Positions 61,874 to 64,000 of a stretch of DNA of 64,000 nt are shown in pieces; within the stretch, counting starts at the first letter, position 1, and the number at the start of each line of letters is the position of its first letter. The position numbers and the translations under genes are program-made. Source of the stretch: a virus (taxonomy: Duplodnaviria > Caudoviricetes); the IMG/VR virus record IMGVR_UViG_3300028591_000087, positions 64,001 through 128,000 of that record. One strand, 5' to 3'. The notes below the pieces were generated by a model. It made no database searches and had not been told where the DNA came from. It saw nothing but the letters and a program-made list of their open reading frames with translations.

Positions 61874-62365
61874 TTACTCCCAATTTAATTCATTATTTAA
61901 TGCATGATCGGCTGCATATCCTATACAAATCGCGTCGGCTTCGTCCTATGTACAGATCTTGCCAAACTTCTCTCTAACCCACTCTTGAGCAATTTTTTTC
62001 TGAGCATTACGTTTTTTATCATTATCTTTTAAGAAATGACATTCCGCACGCCATTGATTTGGTGCCCAAATCTCGAATGGAGTATATTTAGATAGAAGTG
62101 TTTCAATAATTGCTCCTTGTAATTGAGCCAATGCTTTAAAAGTTTGTACATTATTAGTTTGTCCCTGCAAAGAAATATCTTCTATAATAACCTTATCTGG
62201 TTTGAACTTAATGAGCATAACCTATAAATATATACAAACTTTATGGATTCTTTTTAATATATCTTCATCGTCAAATGTTACTTTGCCGAAGTCGGTCAAC
62301 TAACCATCTTCAAAGATTGCCCACCCGCTAGTGCGGGTAGCCTAATCAAGGGCTAGGATTTTCAT
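61874..62365 (-). CDS. ruvC: RuvC-like Holliday junction resolvase (163 aa)
   Basis: MKILALDQ(TAG)ATRTSGWAIF, VIIEDI, LAQLQG and CTQ(TAG)DEADAICIG; four TAGs; ends in TAA. Confidence 0.85.
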
Positions 62366-62948
62366 CCGTAGAACCGAATCCACCCTCGCGTTCGCCATTT
62401 GTCACATCGTCAATTGTTGTTCCATATTGGAGGAAGACACCTTGACCGATACAGTCGCCTTTTTTCAATATAATATCAAAGGGTAGTAGATTAATAATTT
62501 GGAAATAGATGTGTCCTTCATTGGATGGATTATTATAATAATCTGCATCAATAATTCCAACACCATTTCCTAATATCAGCCAATGCTTTAATGAAAGGCT
62601 GGACCGCACACTTAATTGTAAATACCAATCTTCTGGCATTTTAGCCTTAATTCCTGTTGGAACAAGTGTAACTTTCTTTTTGTATTTCTTTACAAAAGTG
62701 GCAGTTGTGTCAAGATTATATGGAAGACTCTTGATAAACTCCTCAAATGATCCATAGTATGTAGATAGATCCTTTGCTAACTCATTTGCAAAGTCAGCTT
62801 CAATAGCACTTAGATAACTCGGTATGACCGTATCTTCTGCAACGTAGAAGTCATAACCAGCAGATGCTTTTGTTTTCCGAACTGGAATTTTAATATCTGG
62901 ATCATCTTTATACTGTTCAATTTTTTCAAACTTTGCGTCAATAGTCAT
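62346..62948 (-). CDS. dut: Trimeric dUTPase
   Basis: All five motifs present: AGYD, RSS, GIIDADYY, GQG, REGGFGST. Confidence 0.95.
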   Translation of the reverse strand: MTIDAKFEKIEQYKDDPDIKIPVRKTKASAGYDFYVAEDTVIPSYLSAIEADFANELAKDLSTYYGSFEEFIKSLPYNLDTTATFVKKYKKKVTLVPTGIKAKMPEDWYLQLSVRSSLSLKHWLILGNGVGIIDADYYNNPSNEGHIYFQIINLLPFDIILKKGDCIGQGVFLQYGTTIDDVTNGEREGGFGSTDENPSP

Positions 62949-63171
62949 AGCTTACTTTTACACCAGATACAGGATCTTTTTCGTTATTAATAACTTTCTT
63001 AACCTGTACAACCTGGTACTCCTCTTCAGTTTTCTTGTTAAATTTAGTGGTGTATTTAAATGACTGCAAGTCATATTCTGGCGCAGTATTAAATTCATCA
63101 CGTAGTTCCAATGCTTCATTTACAGTATCCACACGATAGGTTTCAGTTACGTTTAAAAGATAACGAGCCAT
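62938..63171 (-). CDS. Hypothetical protein (77 aa)
   Basis: AAGGAG RBS; intact ORF overlapping the dUTPase start. Confidence 0.75.
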   Translation of the reverse strand: MARYLLNVTETYRVDTVNEALELRDEFNTAPEYDLQSFKYTTKFNKKTEEEYQVVQVKKVINNEKDPVSGVKVSYDY

Positions 63172-63181
63172 ATTTTTCTCC

Positions 63182-63445
63182 TTATTTTGAATTTAGTTCA
63201 AATGTAATTTCGCCATAGTTAAATTGATGCATTAAATATTCCTGAATCGAATCACTTAAACCCAATCCAGCATAATTACATAATACATGGTCGATATGAC
63301 CAGAATTAATACAAGCACTTATTGCTTCGATTAATTTATCCATTTCTGCTATATGAAACTAAGTTTCTCTCGGTTGACCATTATCATCTAAATAAAAGAA
63401 GATAGATGGTCCAACCGGATCATAATTAAAATATCCGTATTTCAA
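63182..63445 (-). CDS. Hypothetical protein (87 aa); absent from the ORF track
   Basis: TTG start overlaps the upstream TGA; AGGAG RBS; one TAG; fills the gap exactly; ends in TAA. Confidence 0.65.
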
Positions 63446-64000
63446 TAATATACAACTCCTTGTTCGTATGGGAACAAATAAGCCACGGTAGGCTCTCCAT
63501 CCCACATTGCCCAAATTTCAACTGCGCCAGATGGCTTACCATCGATCATTTCTACTTCAATAGAACGAAGATCATGATCACCATAATGGTTCGTTAAAAC
63601 ATCTTTTAATTCTGCTCGGAAGCTCTGCCAAGGAGTCATACGAACAGGACGTTTAAGCGCATTACAAGCGAAGATAGTAAAGTAATGCTTTTCGTGATTA
63701 AGCAAAGCAAAATGAAGCATATATTTATCTTTTGTATGTTCATCGAACCAATCTACAATTTTATCAAGAGCATTATTGACTTCCATATTGGTCATAGATT
63801 TTAGACCATTAATTAAGTCTTTATTCATCTGATACATAGTAACTTGCGCGATAGGTTCTTCACGTTGCTCTTCGGGCAAGTTTTTAACCTGATTTTTAAG
63901 ATATTCCGCGTATTCATCAGGTTCCATAAAGATAGGTTCTGGCTCTTCCGCAGGAATAGTTTTCTCCAATGTGGTTTCTTCTTCCACTATTGGCTCAATA
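63442..64000 (-). CDS. Conserved phage hypothetical protein, probably 5'-truncated
   Basis: Frame open to the window edge; HFALLNHEKHYFTIF...AVEIW...YLFPYEQGVV. Confidence 0.7.
   Translation of the reverse strand, partial: IEPIVEEETTLEKTIPAEEPEPIFMEPDEYAEYLKNQVKNLPEEQREEPIAQVTMYQMNKDLINGLKSMTNMEVNNALDKIVDWFDEHTKDKYMLHFALLNHEKHYFTIFACNALKRPVRMTPWQSFRAELKDVLTNHYGDHDLRSIEVEMIDGKPSGAVEIWAMWDGEPTVAYLFPYEQGVVYY

Larger units (their letters stand above)
1..64000. mobile_element. Segment of a large tailed bacteriophage genome (tail, lysis and nucleotide-metabolism region) using TAG=Gln
   Basis: Dense co-oriented tail genes, tape measure protein, fibres, endolysin/holins, dUTPase and resolvase; no bacterial housekeeping genes; many in-frame TAG codons. 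Confidence 0.95.

Noticed and set aside
1-64000. Suppressor tRNA(CUA), release factor or tRNA synthetase supporting the recoding
   Set aside because: None recognised. Intergenic gaps are short and occupied by terminators or promoters. These genes may lie elsewhere in the genome.

Overview
This window is part of a large, AT-rich tailed phage genome, most likely a siphovirus of Bacillota/Clostridia (AGGAGG-type ribosome-binding sites, sigma-A-like promoters, SpoIID/NlpC-P60/SH3b endolysin). It uses a reassigned genetic code in which TAG reads as Gln (code 15). The supplied ORF track is therefore fragmented: neighbouring fragments share a frame, are separated only by TAG, and merge into complete genes ending in TAA or TGA. 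The plus strand (1-61424) is the tail morphogenesis and lysis region. It carries neck/tail-completion genes, the major tail protein, a chaperone, a ~3,760-aa tape measure protein, several large tail-tip proteins, a ~2,785-aa LamG/CotH-kinase-like/LRR protein, two BppU-like proteins and several fibres. It then carries an array of small genes with shared N-terminal tags (MPSYxSxHTGxQxD x3; M[IV]G[TI]T[NS] x5, each fused to a different predicted binding domain), an endolysin and holin-like genes. The minus strand (61468-64000) carries a holin-like gene, a RuvC-like resolvase, dUTPase and hypothetical genes. No tRNA, CRISPR array, integrase or capsid gene was seen. Gene models were read by hand. 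The longest ORFs were checked for frame continuity and across many gaps, not at every codon. Family names come from motif recognition, not database searches.
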